Positions 27,316 through 40,239 of a DNA stretch of 64,000 nucleotides are shown in pieces. Below the pieces are notes generated by a model. The model was not told the origin of the DNA and did no database searches. It worked only from the letters and a program-made list of their open reading frames with translations. The translations under genes were made by a program, and so were the position numbers. Numbering within the stretch: position 1 is the first letter of the stretch; every line of letters starts with the position of its first letter. Source of the DNA: Octopus vulgaris (lineage: Eukaryota); the NCBI GenBank assembly GCA_951406725.2, contig OX597817.1, positions 8,866,001 through 8,930,000 of the forward strand. Direction: 5' to 3'.

Positions 27316-27543
27316 ATACAAGAGTGGGGTGGGTGCTGAAAAGTTCCTGGCTTTGGATAACAGAAACTACTGAAAGATCAGTTAATTATGATTTTATCCA
27401 ACATAATCCCCTCTCAGATTCATACACTTACTGCAGCGGTCCTTCAGTTTTTCTAAGCTCTTTAAAGAACTCGGAAGGTTGGGCCTCCAGCGAGGCCCTT
27501 CGCGACACCCTTAAAGCCAGAAACTTTACAGCATCTCTCGTAT
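27316..27543. mobile_element. mariner-derived MITE
   Basis: TIRs GGTGCTGAAAAGTTCCTGGCTTT / AAAGCCAGAAACTTTACAGCATCTCTCG-TA. Confidence 0.7.
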
Positions 27544-27554
27544 ATACACGCGTA

Positions 27555-27624
<70 letters not shown>

Positions 27625-27786
27625 TTATACTAATTATACTAATTATCTTTTTTTAATAATTTTTATATATATTTAAAATAATATAAATTAATTAATCTTA
27701 TGTATTGTCTTAAGTTTTTTATTGTATGATTTGCCTAATAGTGGTTTTTATCTCTAATTTAATATAATATATATATATATATATAC

Positions 27787-28030
27787 AAAATGAGAAAATG
27801 GAGAAACATACCTAAATCAATCATCAACCATCAGATAATACCCAATCAATACTTTATTAAACCATTACACAACAGCAATGACATTATACATAATAGAAAT
27901 AGAAAATACATAATACAATAGATGAATTAATTGCACCGCAATTTTTAACATTTATGTATAAGTCTTGTTGGGTACCTCTCTAGCAGTATATTGGATATAT
28001 GTTATCCCATGGATATATGTTATCCCATCT
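27787..28030 (-). mobile_element. Penelope-like non-coding repeat (same family as 48540-48968)
   Basis: 27787-27865 is the reverse-complement homologue of 48885-48967. Confidence 0.55.
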
Positions 28031-28034
28031 CATT

Positions 28035-28071
<37 letters not shown>

Positions 28072-28072
<1 letters not shown>

Positions 28073-28484
28073 CTCTTTTTTTACTCTTTTACTTGTTTCA
28101 GTCATTTGACTGCGGCCATGCTGGAGCACCGCCTTTAATCGAGCATCTCAACCCCGGGACTTATTCTTTTGTAAGCCCAGTACTTATTCTATCGGTCTGT
28201 TTTGCCGAACCGCTAAGTAACGGGGACATAAACACACCAGCATCGGTTATCAAGCAATGCTAGGGGGACAAATACAGACACACAGACACAAACACACACA
28301 CACACACATATATATAAACATATATACGACGGGCTTCTTTCAGTTTCCGTCTACCAAATCCACTCACAAGGCTTTGGTCGGCCCGAGGTTATAGTAGAAG
28401 ACACTTGCCCAAGGTGCCACGCAGTGGGACTGAACCCGGAACCATGTGGTTGGTAAACAAGCTACTTACCACACAGCCACTCCT
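28072..28484 (-). mobile_element. SINE-A
   Basis: Reverse complement of the SINE-A sequence. Confidence 0.92.
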
Positions 28485-28658
28485 GTATATATGATATATA
28501 CGATATCCTTTTCTAATTGTTCAGATACACAAACTACTGTTGTATTTTCCTATAGTGTTTTGTTTTGTTACACAATTTTCAGTAGTAGGACAAAGAGAGT
28601 TTACATTATTTACATTATTTACATTCGATGGATATTTTTCCTCATCGTATTTGTTGTT

Positions 28659-28705
28659 AAGACAACGCTTCGGCTGATATACCCTCCAGCTTTCTTCAGG
28701 TTCTT
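28659..28705 (-). ncRNA. Minimal hammerhead-like motif, canonical CUGAAGA core, A15.1>G
   Basis: AAGAAC-CTGAAGA-A-AGCTG-GAGGGTATAT-CAGCC-GAAG-CGTT-GTCTT. Confidence 0.55.
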
Positions 28706-28755
28706 GGGGAAATTTCGAACCTGGGTTCACATTACTAAAGTATTTTTCGATGTTG

Positions 28756-28815
<60 letters not shown>

Positions 28816-28816
<1 letters not shown>

Positions 28817-29199
28817 GTTTTTTCCTTCTTCCTTCAAATTTTCTTCCGTTTCTCGCCGAGTGTTTTCCGTACACCTAGGGTAGAGAAGCTCATTGTATGC
28901 ATTCCCAGATTACACGTGCAAATTCACAGATAAAAAATGTATTTAAAAATTAATAAATAAATAAATTCATGGATGGATGTTATTTTCACAACGATAGTGC
29001 TCTTCTCGGTACATGAGCCGTTCCAGTTAATACGATTTTTTGCACTTCCTGTAGGGATGGTAAGCCTGGAATCATTTTCAAATAGGTTTCAGTACCTTTT
29101 TTTATCATTCTTAGAGATCCTACAATCACTGGTACTGTAGTCGCCTTGAGATGCCACGTTTTTTCAATTTCCATTAGCAGGTCTTTATATTTACTAATC

Positions 29200-29200
<1 letters not shown>
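28816..29200 (-). mobile_element. R4/Dong LINE 3' end inserted in (TAA)n
   Basis: KISKYKDL..VPVIVGSL..VQKIVLTGTAHVPRRALSL*; (ATT)n tracts at 28758-28815 and ~29201-29300. Confidence 0.88.
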
Positions 29201-29276
<76 letters not shown>

Positions 29277-29681
29277 CATCATCCTCATCATCATTATTAT
29301 TGTTCAGGTCACTGCTTGGAATCGAACTCAGGAAAAAGAGAGTTTAATACTGTGATTAAAAATCTTAGAGTGTGACAATTACTTGAAGTAAGAAGTAAGT
29401 ACCTACTTAACCGACACTAGGAGACATTTTCAGTTGCATTTGAGCGGATTTAATTTTACTTATGCTGTTGATGACCTCGAACAGAGCTTAAGCGATAAAA
29501 CCTTTGCACTTTATGCTACCTTTGAAATATGGGGCTTGGTATTTTGTCAAAACCAAGTTAGGTTTAAGATTCTACTAAGACCTATTAGCTTTTCGTTCTT
29601 CAAAATGAAGAGGCAACCGATAAAACAGTACCTGATGAGACGGTCCATATGTGACATATCCTTATTCGATATGTGATGGTA

Positions 29682-30017
29682 AGTGGAGGCGCAATGGCCC
29701 AGTGTTTAGGGCAGCGGACTCGCGGTCGTAGGATCGCGGTTTCGATTCCCAGACCGGGCGTTGTGAGTGTTTATTGAGCGAAAACACCTAAAGCTCCACG
29801 AGGCTCCGGAAGGGATGGTGGTGATCCCTGCTGTACTCTTTCACCACAACTTTCTCTCACTCTTACTTCTGTGTCACGCTGAATATCCCCGAGAACTACG
29901 TTAAGGGTACACGTGTCTGTGGAGTGCTCAGCCACTTACACGTTAATTTCAGGAGCAGGCTGTTCCGTTGATCGGATCAACCGGAACCCTCGTCGTCGTA
30001 ACCGACGGAGTGCTTCC
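29682..30017 (+). mobile_element. SINE-C with internal deletion
   Basis: Matches 12668-13054; imperfect TSD TGTGATG(G/T)TA. Confidence 0.9.
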
Positions 30018-30399
30018 CTGTGATGTTATCAAAACATTTCCGTTGTAGCGATTGTTTCGTTCACAGATCTGAGTTCGAATTTTGACAGGAATACCTCACG
30101 TGAATGGTAAAAATTGCCTCGAAACCTCAAAATAGAAAGGTGTGTAATATATTTCTTCCATTGCATTGGTATGTTTACCTGGGAATTTAATTTATGATAT
30201 TTATGTGCGTGTGTTTGCATTCGTATGCGCATATATTTATATACATATATACAAGTAATAGGAGGTGCAAAAGTGTGGTATATACACAATTTTCGTTGCT
30301 ACATAGATGTATACATTTACTCCTATACGTACAAAACTAGCACGCACATATACATAATATACATACATACATACGCATGTACAAATATGTATAAATATG

Positions 30400-30855
<456 letters not shown>

Positions 30856-31165
30856 ATCCAAAGAAAGAAATCCACTTTTCAATGGGAATCACACCCTCAT
30901 GCAAATGGGAAATTTCTATTTAGAACAAAATAGTGTTGTTGTGAAATTAAAAACATCCGCCGGAAATGGAATCGTAGCGGAAGTGAAGGACATCTTATCA
31001 TTATAGTAACTGCCGGTGATATAGAATCTCTGTAGTCGAAGTATCCTGTCTCTGTTTCTTAAATAAGTAAAGCTGCAAATTTTACAGCAATTATACACCG
31101 ACATATGTACGCTCTTTCTTTCTCACCATATATATAAACACACATGCGTACATATACATGGACGC

Positions 31166-31218
<53 letters not shown>

Positions 31219-31534
31219 TGCATACACACACATATACACAGATATAAAACATATGTGCCAGAGTGCATGTGTGTGGTAATTAGACGCACATAAGCCTCAT
31301 AAAGCACACCTTTGTAGGTCTAATTGTGACAATCTATTCGCAGAGAGTGCTCCACAACCAATTAGGAATTTTGTTGGGTTATGACCAGTCTCAATGTAAA
31401 ATTTATTAAGAGGTAACGGAAAAGTGAATCTCGAATATCATTTAAAGAAATCTACGTATATTGGATAAACACTAACTTTATATTATATTATATATATATA
31501 TATATACTTTATTTAAAGCAGCAGAAAATTCAAC

Positions 31535-31581
31535 AAAACCTGTTACTCTGAGTTTGCCGTTGCCGTTCATCGGACAGTTTT
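31535..31581 (-). ncRNA. Degenerate hammerhead-like motif between (TA)n tracts
   Basis: AAAACTGT-CCGATGA-ACGGCAACGG-CAA-ACT-CAG-AGT-A-ACAGGTTTT; G12 position mutated. Confidence 0.4.
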
Positions 31582-31583
31582 TG

Positions 31584-31618
<35 letters not shown>

Positions 31619-31649
31619 AATCCATACACACACAAATGCACACACGTAC

Positions 31650-31835
31650 GTATGTATGAATATAAGTACATATGTATGTATGTATGTATGTATGTATGTG
31701 TGTATGTATGTATGCATGTATGCATGTATGCATGTATGTATGTATGTATGTATGTATGTATGTATGTATGTATGTATGCATGTATGCATGTATGTATGTA
31801 TGTATGTATGTATGTATGTATGTATGTATGTATGC

Positions 31836-31866
<31 letters not shown>

Positions 31867-32697
31867 TGTATGTATGTATGAATGTATGTATGTATGCATG
31901 TATGTATGTATGTATGTATGTATGCATGTATGTATGTATGTGTATGCATGTATGTATGTATGTATGTATGTATGTATGTATGTATGTATGTATGTATGTA
32001 TGTATGTATGTATGTATGTATGTATGTATGTATGTATGTATGTATGTATGTATGTATGTATGTATGTATGTATGTATGTATGTATGTATGTATGTATGTA
32101 TGTATGTATGTATGTATGTATGTATGTATGTATGTATGTATGTATGTATGTATGTATGTATGTATGTATGTATGTATGCATGTATGTATGTATGTATGTA
32201 TGTATGTATGTATGTATGTATGTATGTATGTATGTATGCATGTATGTATGTATGCATGTATGTATGTATGTATGTATGTATGTATGTATGTATGTATGTA
32301 TGTATGTATGTATTTATGTATGTATGTATGTATGTATTTATGTATGTATGTATGTATGTATGTAATGTGCGGGTATGTATGTATGTATGTATGTATGTAT
32401 GTATGTATGTATGTATGTATGTATTTATGTATGTATGTATGTATGTATGTATGTATGTATGTATGTATGTATGTATGTATGTATGTATGTATGAATGTAT
32501 GTATGTATGTATGTATGTATGTATGTATGTATGTATGTATGTATGTATGTATGTATGTATGTATGCATGCATGTATGTATGTATGTATGTATGTATGTAT
32601 GTATGCATGCATGTATGTATGTATGTATGTATGTATGTATGTATATGTATAGATATGTATGTATGCATGTATGTATGTATGTATGTATGTATGTATG

Positions 32698-32731
<34 letters not shown>

Positions 32732-33037
32732 TGTATGTATGCATGCATGTATGTATGTATGTATGTATGTATGTATGTATGTATGTATGCATGTATGTAT
32801 GTATGTATGTATGCATGTATGTATGTATGTATGTATGTATGTATGTATGTATGTATGTATGTATGTATGTATGTATGTATGTATGTATGTATGCATGCAT
32901 GTATGTATGTATGTATGTATGTATGTATGTATGTATGTATGTATGTGTGTATGTATGTATGTATGTATGTATGTATGTATGTATGTATGTATGTATGTAT
33001 GTGTGTATGTATGTATGTATGTATGTATGTATGTATG
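31650..33037. repeat. ~1.4-kb (TATG)n tetranucleotide tract
   Basis: Direct reading. Confidence 0.98.
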
Positions 33038-33194
33038 CGATGATGCGTCATTTATTATCCGTAATGCAAGTTATGCTTTTTACTACTGGCAGAAAAATTA
33101 ATTGTGCAAACATCAAAAGATATTGTCTCCCTCTCGTGAAGCAGGTTTGAACATGAAACATTTACTTGTTATATGTTATTAGGTTAAGCTTAAT

Positions 33195-33635
33195 GACGGC
33201 GAGCTGGCACGATCGTTAGCACGCCGGACAAAATGCTTAGCGGCATTTCAACCGTCTTTACGTTCTGAGTTCAACTTACGCCGAGGTCAACTGTGCTTTC
33301 TTCCTTTCGAGGTCCATTAAATAAGTATAGTGTTACGCACTGGGGTTTATATTATCGACTAGTCCCCTCCCCCAAGGTTACAGGACTTGTGACTATAGTA
33401 GAAGGACGGCGAGCTAGTAGAAACGTTATTACGCCGGAAAAATTGCTTAGTAGCATTTCTTGCTTTACGTTCTGAGTTCAAATTCCGTCGAGATCGACTT
33501 TGCTTTTTATTCTTTCTGCGTCGATAAAATAATTTGCAAGTTGAACATTGGAGATCGATGTTATCGACTACTACACTCCACCACCATCCCCACTCCCGCA
33601 AAAATTTTAGTTTGTGTGCCATTAGTAGAAAGGTT
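33195..33635 (+). mobile_element. Two tandem SINE-B copies (tail type 2)
   Basis: GACGGCGAGCT(G/A)G heads at ~33195 and ~33404. Confidence 0.8.
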
Positions 33636-33776
33636 ATTACATAAACTATAGCCGCTCTACTTACTGTTTGCTCCAAATTGCAGCAGTTCCCAGTGGACCC
33701 TTTTCTGTGCACAGAAGGTTTATCAGGGGTCAAATTCTTCTGAAGGCTTTCAGTACAATACGAGAATAGTATATTC

Positions 33777-33970
33777 TTTTCTACTCTGGGCACAAGGCCC
33801 GAAATTTGTGGGGAGAGGCCAGTCGATTAGATCGACCTCAGTACACAACTGCTACTTAATTTATCGACCCCGAAAGGATGAAAGGCAAAGTCGGCCTGGG
33901 CGGAATTTGAACTCAGAACGTAAAGACAGACGAAATACCGCTAAGTGTTTTGCCCGGCATGCCAACGTTT
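33777..33970 (-). mobile_element. SINE-B (tail type 2)
   Basis: Shared body; AAATTTCGGGCCTTGTGCCCAGAGTAGAAA tail on the minus strand. Confidence 0.8.
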
Positions 33971-34565
33971 CTTATTTATTACCCACAAGGGGCTAAACAT
34001 AGAGGGGACAAACAAGGACATACAAACGGATTAAGTCGATTATATCGACCCCAGTGCGTAACTGGTACTTAATTTATCGACCCCGAAAGGATGAAAGGCG
34101 AAGTCGACTTCGGCGGAATTTGAACTCAGAACGTAGCGACAGACGAAATACCTATTTCTTTACTACCCATAAGAGGCTAAACACAGAGAGGACAAACAAG
34201 GACAGACAAACGGATTAAGTCGATTACATAGACCGCAGTGCGTAACTGGTACTTATTTAATCGACCCCGAAAGGATGAAAGGCAAAGTCGACCTCGGCGG
34301 AATTTGAACTCAGAACGTAGCGACAGACGAAATACCTATTTCTTTACTACCCTCAAGGGGCTAAACACAGAGAAGACAAACAAGGACATATAAATGGATT
34401 AAGTCGATTACATAGACCGCAGTGCGTAACTGGTACTTATTTAATCGACCCCGAAAGGATGAAAGGCAAAGTCGACCTCGGCGGAATTTGAACCCAGAAC
34501 GTAACGACATACGAAATACCTATTTCTTTACTACCCACAAGGCAGACGAAATACCGCTAAGCATT
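33971..34565 (-). repeat. Tandem array of head-less SINE-B units, 184-bp period (3 units plus a partial one)
   Basis: CCTATTTC junctions at 34151, 34335, 34519. Confidence 0.9.
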
Positions 34566-34719
34566 TCTTTCAGTTTCTACCAAATCTACTCCCAAGGCTT
34601 TGGTCGGCCCAAGACTATAGGGTAGAAGGAATCTACCCAAAGTGACATGCATTGTCCTAACTAAACTCGAAACAATGAGGTTGGGAAACAAGCTTCTTAC
34701 CGTACAGACACGGCTGCTC

Positions 34720-34934
34720 CTCTTTTACTTGTTTCAGTCATTTGACTGCGGCCATGCTGGAGCACCGCCTTTAGTCGAGCAAATCGAGCCTGGGGCTTAT
34801 TCTTTTTGTAAGCCCAGTACTTATTCTATCGGTCTCTTTTTGCCGAACCGCAAATGTTACGGGGACGTAAACACACCAGCATCGGTTGTCAAGCAATGCT
34901 AGAGGGACAAACACAGACACACAAACATATACAT

Positions 34935-34967
<33 letters not shown>

Positions 34968-35130
34968 CGACAGGCTTCTTTCAGTTTCCGTCTACCAAAT
35001 CCACTCACAAGGCTTTGGTCGGCCCGAGGCTATAGCAGAAGACACTTGCCCAAGATGCCACGCAGTGGGACTGAACCCGGAACCATGTGGTCGGTTAGCA
35101 AGCTACTTACCGTACAGACACTCCTGCGCC
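34720..35130 (-). mobile_element. SINE-A
   Basis: Reverse complement of SINE-A; an older head fragment is adjacent at 34566-34715. Confidence 0.9.
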
Positions 35131-35576
35131 TGGTTCTGATTAATTAATACCGGATAGTTATTGATGAAGTGGCAAATAATACGCATTATTAGTCATGGTT
35201 CTTTCTGCTTCTGAAATCTTTCACCGCAAACTTGGCAATGGTTAATTCAATAACAAGTTTATTAGAGTCTCGCGTTGAAGCCTGAATCGTAGGGATTACA
35301 AAGAGAGAGTCCATTGTGAAGTGATGCACGCTCAACTAATCCTTCTGTCAATACAAAAAGAATTTATACATGAAATGAGCGTGATTAATGACTCAGTGTG
35401 CATGTGCATAATTAATGACTGTATGTGTGTGTGTACTATATATATATATATATACTTGAGCTCGTGTGTGTATACATACATACATGCATGCATGCATACA
35501 TCGTTGCTGTTATGTTAAACTGTGGTATGTTCAAATTTGGCCAAAGTCAAAGTTGACCTCCGTGAGATTAATAATT

Positions 35577-35783
35577 CTTTCTACAATAGCACAAGGCCTG
35601 AAATTATGGGAGTGGGGTAAGTCGATACATCGACCCCAGTGCTCAACAGGTACATATTTTATCGACCTCGAAAGGATGAAAGGCAAAGTCGACATCGGCA
35701 TTATCTGAACTCAAAATGTAAACGGACGAAATGCCGCTAACCATTTCGCTCGACGCGGTAACGATTCTGCCAGCTCGTCGCCC
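35577..35783 (-). mobile_element. SINE-B (tail type 2)
   Basis: Shared head and body. Confidence 0.8.
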
Positions 35784-36666
35784 TTCGTGGGATTAAAAGT
35801 AATTATCGTGAGGATTTCCTACATAGGGATAGGTTAGAAATACGTTGTAAGGAGACAATTGATTATATCACCAAAATATTTCTTTACAAATCGGAAGGAT
35901 GAAAGGCTTTCGGTGTAAAGGAATTTTAGTAGAAAACGCGAAGTATTTTGTCAGCTTACTCTATCCACCGCAAATAATATGATTGCTATTTTGTAAAAAT
36001 TCGCTTATATTGTTATCAATTATTGAATGGACTTATTTCATCAACTTCGAATGAATCTCACGTGGGAAATAAACTCGACCCTGAAAAGGTTGTAGGGAAA
36101 TGCGATCATATATCTTGTCTACCGCTCCACAAATTTTTCTAATTTGGTTACCCACTGAAATGATCCAAATTTTGTTACTATAATTCTTCAATTTATCCAT
36201 AATGAGTAAATGAATATGCGATATTTCATCTTTTACTACGCTACAGTAACTGTGACCATTATGATTATTTTCAAAGAATAACAAAAACAATTTGTTTTCA
36301 ATCGCTTAGTCAAGAGAAGAGATGCCAATGACCATTTTCAGGGCTTTAGATAATGGATGGAAACGAAAAGGAAACGTGTTTTCAAATTGAAAAGCTAGCC
36401 GGAATTCTTGCAACAAAGAGGCCGCCATTAACGTTACACAAGGTCGAGTTAAAGGCGCGCAACATGTTGTCTTAGATATGGGCGCTGCACATTTTCCAGT
36501 ATATAGTAAGGAAAATAAACTACACAAATATCAAGTCAGTAACTTTTATATAACTATTTCGTGTATTTGAAATTAGGTGGCAATTAGCAGTCTGTATTAT
36601 TTTACATGTAACTCTCCGAATATGCCTCACTGTTAGTCAATCTGTCTTCTTGAATGGATATCTATC

Positions 36667-36798
36667 TTATTTCTTTATTGCCCACAAGGGGCTAAACATA
36701 GAGGGGACAAACAAGCACAAAGAGATTAAGTCGATTACATCGACCCCGGCGCGTAACTGGTACTTAATTTATCGACCCCGAAAGGATGAAAGGCAAAG
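36667..36798 (-). mobile_element. 5'-truncated SINE-B (tail type 1)
   Basis: Body and tail only. Confidence 0.8.
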
Positions 36799-36923
36799 GC
36801 TAAGTAGATGGTTCTCTATCTTCTTATCTAGCTAGCTAGATTAGATCAATATATAGATGGAGACATACATACTTACATACATATACATATATATATATAT
36901 ACACACACAAACACACACATATA

Positions 36924-39502
36924 TGATTGATTGATTGATTGATTGATTGATTCTAGTTTCAGCTTATGAGCTGTGGCCATGCTGGGGCACCGCCATTTGG
37001 TGTTGCTACTTGGTTTCACTTCATGAAGGCTTTCTAGCAACTGCTATTTGGTGCATGAGAGAGTTCGATGCAGCTGCCCTCATCTGCCCCTCCTGCCGTG
37101 AAGTTGGTTCATCTGGGACACCTGACAGGAAGAGATCCAGCTTCATTTTAAAGACATCTGTATCCACCCCATGCAGGTCTCTCAGGTTCTTCGGGAGGAT
37201 ATTGAAGAGCTGTGGGCCTCGGAAGCCCAGGCTATCACAGAATCTTGTCCTACATCTTGATGGCAAGTTTGGAGTCCTAGGCACCACGCAGTGGCGCCCA
37301 GTTCTGGCATTTGCGTAACTCTCGATGCCAAAGTTCAGGACACTTCCCTCCAGGATCTTCCAGATGTATATTATGGCATATCTTTCCCGCCTACGCTCCA
37401 GGGAATATAATTTTAATCTCTTGAGTCTTTCCCAGTAGCTTACATTCTGCATAGAGGCTATCTTCTTCGTGTAGCTACGTTGGATCGCCTCGAGCTCTGT
37501 GATCAACTTGACACTGGATGGTGACCATAACTGAGAGCAGTAGTCAAAGTGGCTTAGGACAAGTGTCCTCCAGAGGACCATCATGGTTTCTTGTTCTCTT
37601 GTTCTAAAGGTTCTGAGGATCCATCCGGCCAGTCGTCTACATTTCATTGCCAATTTAGCAACATGTACACGAAAGGTCGCGTCATCACTCATGTAAATAC
37701 CTAGGTCACGCACTGATTGTGCCTCTGGGATTGCTATTCCTCCGGGTCCAGTGTATTCATTGGGTATTGCATTTAGTTTTGCATGCTGATAGTATAGAGC
37801 TTGAAACTTTTCAGCATTGAACTGCATGCTATTCTTTTCGGCCCACTTGTATATTTTGTCTAGCTCACATTGCAGGTGTTTAGTGTCCTCAGGGTTCTGT
37901 ATTGCCTGTGAAACTTTTGTATCATCTGCATAACTTGTGATCGTGGCTCTCTGCGTGGCTGAGGGCATGTCTGAGAGGGCCATTATGAACAGTAGTGGTC
38001 CCAGAACAGTGCCCTGCGGAACACCGCTCACTATTTGCGTGTTAATGGAAGTGGCCCCATTGGCCACTACCACCTGACTTCTATCTTTCAGAAAGTCATG
38101 AAGCCATTCTCCCAGTTTTCCAACTATGTTGAGATCACGCAGTTTGTGACATATCATTCCATGATCGACTTTATCAAAGGCCTTTGCAAAGTCGAGATAT
38201 ATCACTTCCACATTTGAGTGGTTGAGCAGCCGTTTCAGCATCCAGTCATAGTGTTGTAGGAGCTGAGTTAAACAGCTTCTCCCTGGTCGGAAACCATGTT
38301 GGGTGTCGGGCAGCAAGTCATTTTCTTCAAGGAAGGTGATCAGCTTCCTTCTGACTATTCGTTCCATGACCTTGCTGATGTGTGAGGTCAGAGAGATAGG
38401 TCTATAGTTCTTGGCTTCCGCTCTGCTACCTCCTTTATGAATGGGGCATATTTTACCTTCCTTCAGTTTTCTTGGAAGTTTGCCAGCTGCAAGGAAGCTC
38501 TGAAAGAGGAACTGCAGTGGTCTTGCTAGGACTCTCTTACATGCTTTTAGGAGGATTGCCGGGAATCCATCGGGGCCAGTAGTTGAGTCTGTTTTCATTT
38601 CATCTATAGCCTTGATTACATCGTCTTCCTTTATATCGATGTAATCTATCGTCGCCGCCTCTGATTTTATATCTGCAGTGGTAAAAAAGTCAGTTGGATT
38701 GGTGATTTGGAGATGCCCAAGGGGTGGAGTGAAAACACTCTTGAATTGCTCATTCAGTATTTCACTTACCCTTATTGGTTTTCCTGTAAGTGTACCATCC
38801 TTTTCGAGGAGTGGCCCTATTCTACAGTGCACCGTAGCTGTTTCTTTGGCATACCTGTAGAAAGCTCTGGGGTTAGATTTTATGTTGTCTATAGCCCAGG
38901 CTTCTTTGTCTGCTCTTTCCTTTTCATGGGAGAGTTGCAGACATTTTTCGATTTCCAACAGTTTTATTTTTAGGCGGGACTTTTCACTGCTTTCAATCTG
39001 TTTGTTTAGGCGATTTGAAAATTTTGTACGCCGTCTCATTAGAATTTTCCTCTCTCTGGGGATTTTGTTCTTGTGTACAGTGGCCTTTCTCTCTGGGACA
39101 CATTTGTAGCATATGGCTTGCATTACAGACATGAATTGTTGAAGTTTCACGTCGATGTCTGGCGAGGAGAGACATTTAGGCCAGTTTTGTTTGAGGATCT
39201 CTTTCTCAATTTGTTTCCAGTTTGCCTTATGGTAGTTCAAGCTGGAAAGATTCTGGGGGTTTCTTGTAGGCTGCATGTCCGTGCTCTCTTTTGGCCCGTA
39301 CATGGTCAGCTCTATCATGTTGTGATCCGAGAGTAGTGTCGGTGTCACTTTCACATTATGGATAAGATCCATGTCATTTGTGAAGCAGAGATCCAGTGTG
39401 TTACCTGCCCTGGTTGGTTGGAGTATTACCTGCTCCATGTACAGGGTGTTGATGAGGTTCAGGAGGGACCTCGCCTGTCCTCGTTCACATCTTGTCATTC
39501 CT
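36924..39502 (-). mobile_element. Young 5'-truncated CR1/L2-group LINE with (ATCA)n tail
   Basis: Uninterrupted ORF2 fragment, short 3'UTR with stem-loop, tandem tail. Confidence 0.95.
37021..39498 (-). CDS. LINE ORF2, partial: C-terminal part of the APE endonuclease plus reverse transcriptase
   Basis: TRAGNTLDLCFTN..SDHN, GPDG, NYRPISLTS, QHGFRPGRSC, YLDFAKAFDKVDH, GVPQGTVLGPLLF, YADDTK, SLERRRERY. Confidence 0.9.
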   Translation of the reverse strand: MTRCERGQARSLLNLINTLYMEQVILQPTRAGNTLDLCFTNDMDLIHNVKVTPTLLSDHNMIELTMYGPKESTDMQPTRNPQNLSSLNYHKANWKQIEKEILKQNWPKCLSSPDIDVKLQQFMSVMQAICYKCVPERKATVHKNKIPRERKILMRRRTKFSNRLNKQIESSEKSRLKIKLLEIEKCLQLSHEKERADKEAWAIDNIKSNPRAFYRYAKETATVHCRIGPLLEKDGTLTGKPIRVSEILNEQFKSVFTPPLGHLQITNPTDFFTTADIKSEAATIDYIDIKEDDVIKAIDEMKTDSTTGPDGFPAILLKACKRVLARPLQFLFQSFLAAGKLPRKLKEGKICPIHKGGSRAEAKNYRPISLTSHISKVMERIVRRKLITFLEENDLLPDTQHGFRPGRSCLTQLLQHYDWMLKRLLNHSNVEVIYLDFAKAFDKVDHGMICHKLRDLNIVGKLGEWLHDFLKDRSQVVVANGATSINTQIVSGVPQGTVLGPLLFIMALSDMPSATQRATITSYADDTKVSQAIQNPEDTKHLQCELDKIYKWAEKNSMQFNAEKFQALYYQHAKLNAIPNEYTGPGGIAIPEAQSVRDLGIYMSDDATFRVHVAKLAMKCRRLAGWILRTFRTREQETMMVLWRTLVLSHFDYCSQLWSPSSVKLITELEAIQRSYTKKIASMQNVSYWERLKRLKLYSLERRRERYAIIYIWKILEGSVLNFGIESYANARTGRHCVVPRTPNLPSRCRTRFCDSLGFRGPQLFNILPKNLRDLHGVDTDVFKMKLDLFLSGVPDEPTSRQEGQMRAAASNSLMHQIAVARKPS

Positions 39503-39887
39503 GGAGTGGATGTGTGGTAAGTAGCTTGTTTACCAACCACATGGTTCCGGGTTCAGTCTCACTGCGTGGCATCTTGGGTAAGTGTCTTCTGCTATAGCCC
39601 CGGGCCGACCAATGCCTTGTGAGTGGATTTGGTAGACGGAAACTGAAAGAAACCTGTCGTATATATTTATGTATATGTGTGTGTGTGTGTATGTGTTTGT
39701 GTGTCTGTGTTTGTCCCCCTAGTATTGCTTGACAACCGATGCTGGTGTGTTTATGTCCCCGTCACTTAGCGATGGAATAAGTCCTGGGCTTACAAAGAAA
39801 AATCCCGGGGTCGAGTTGCTCGATTAAAGGCGGTGCTCCAGCATGGCCGCAGTCAAATGACTGAAACAAGTAAAAGAGTAAAAGAGT
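39503..39887 (+). mobile_element. SINE-A, head-to-head with the LINE 5' end
   Basis: Lacks the first ~6 nt (GGCGCA); small internal deletion. Confidence 0.9.
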
Positions 39888-39899
39888 ATATATATATAA

Positions 39900-40239
<340 letters not shown>

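Noticed and set aside
31478-33150. Long ORFs (up to 515 aa) of MYVC/HTYI repeats
   Set aside because: Translation of stop-free (TATG)n; not genes
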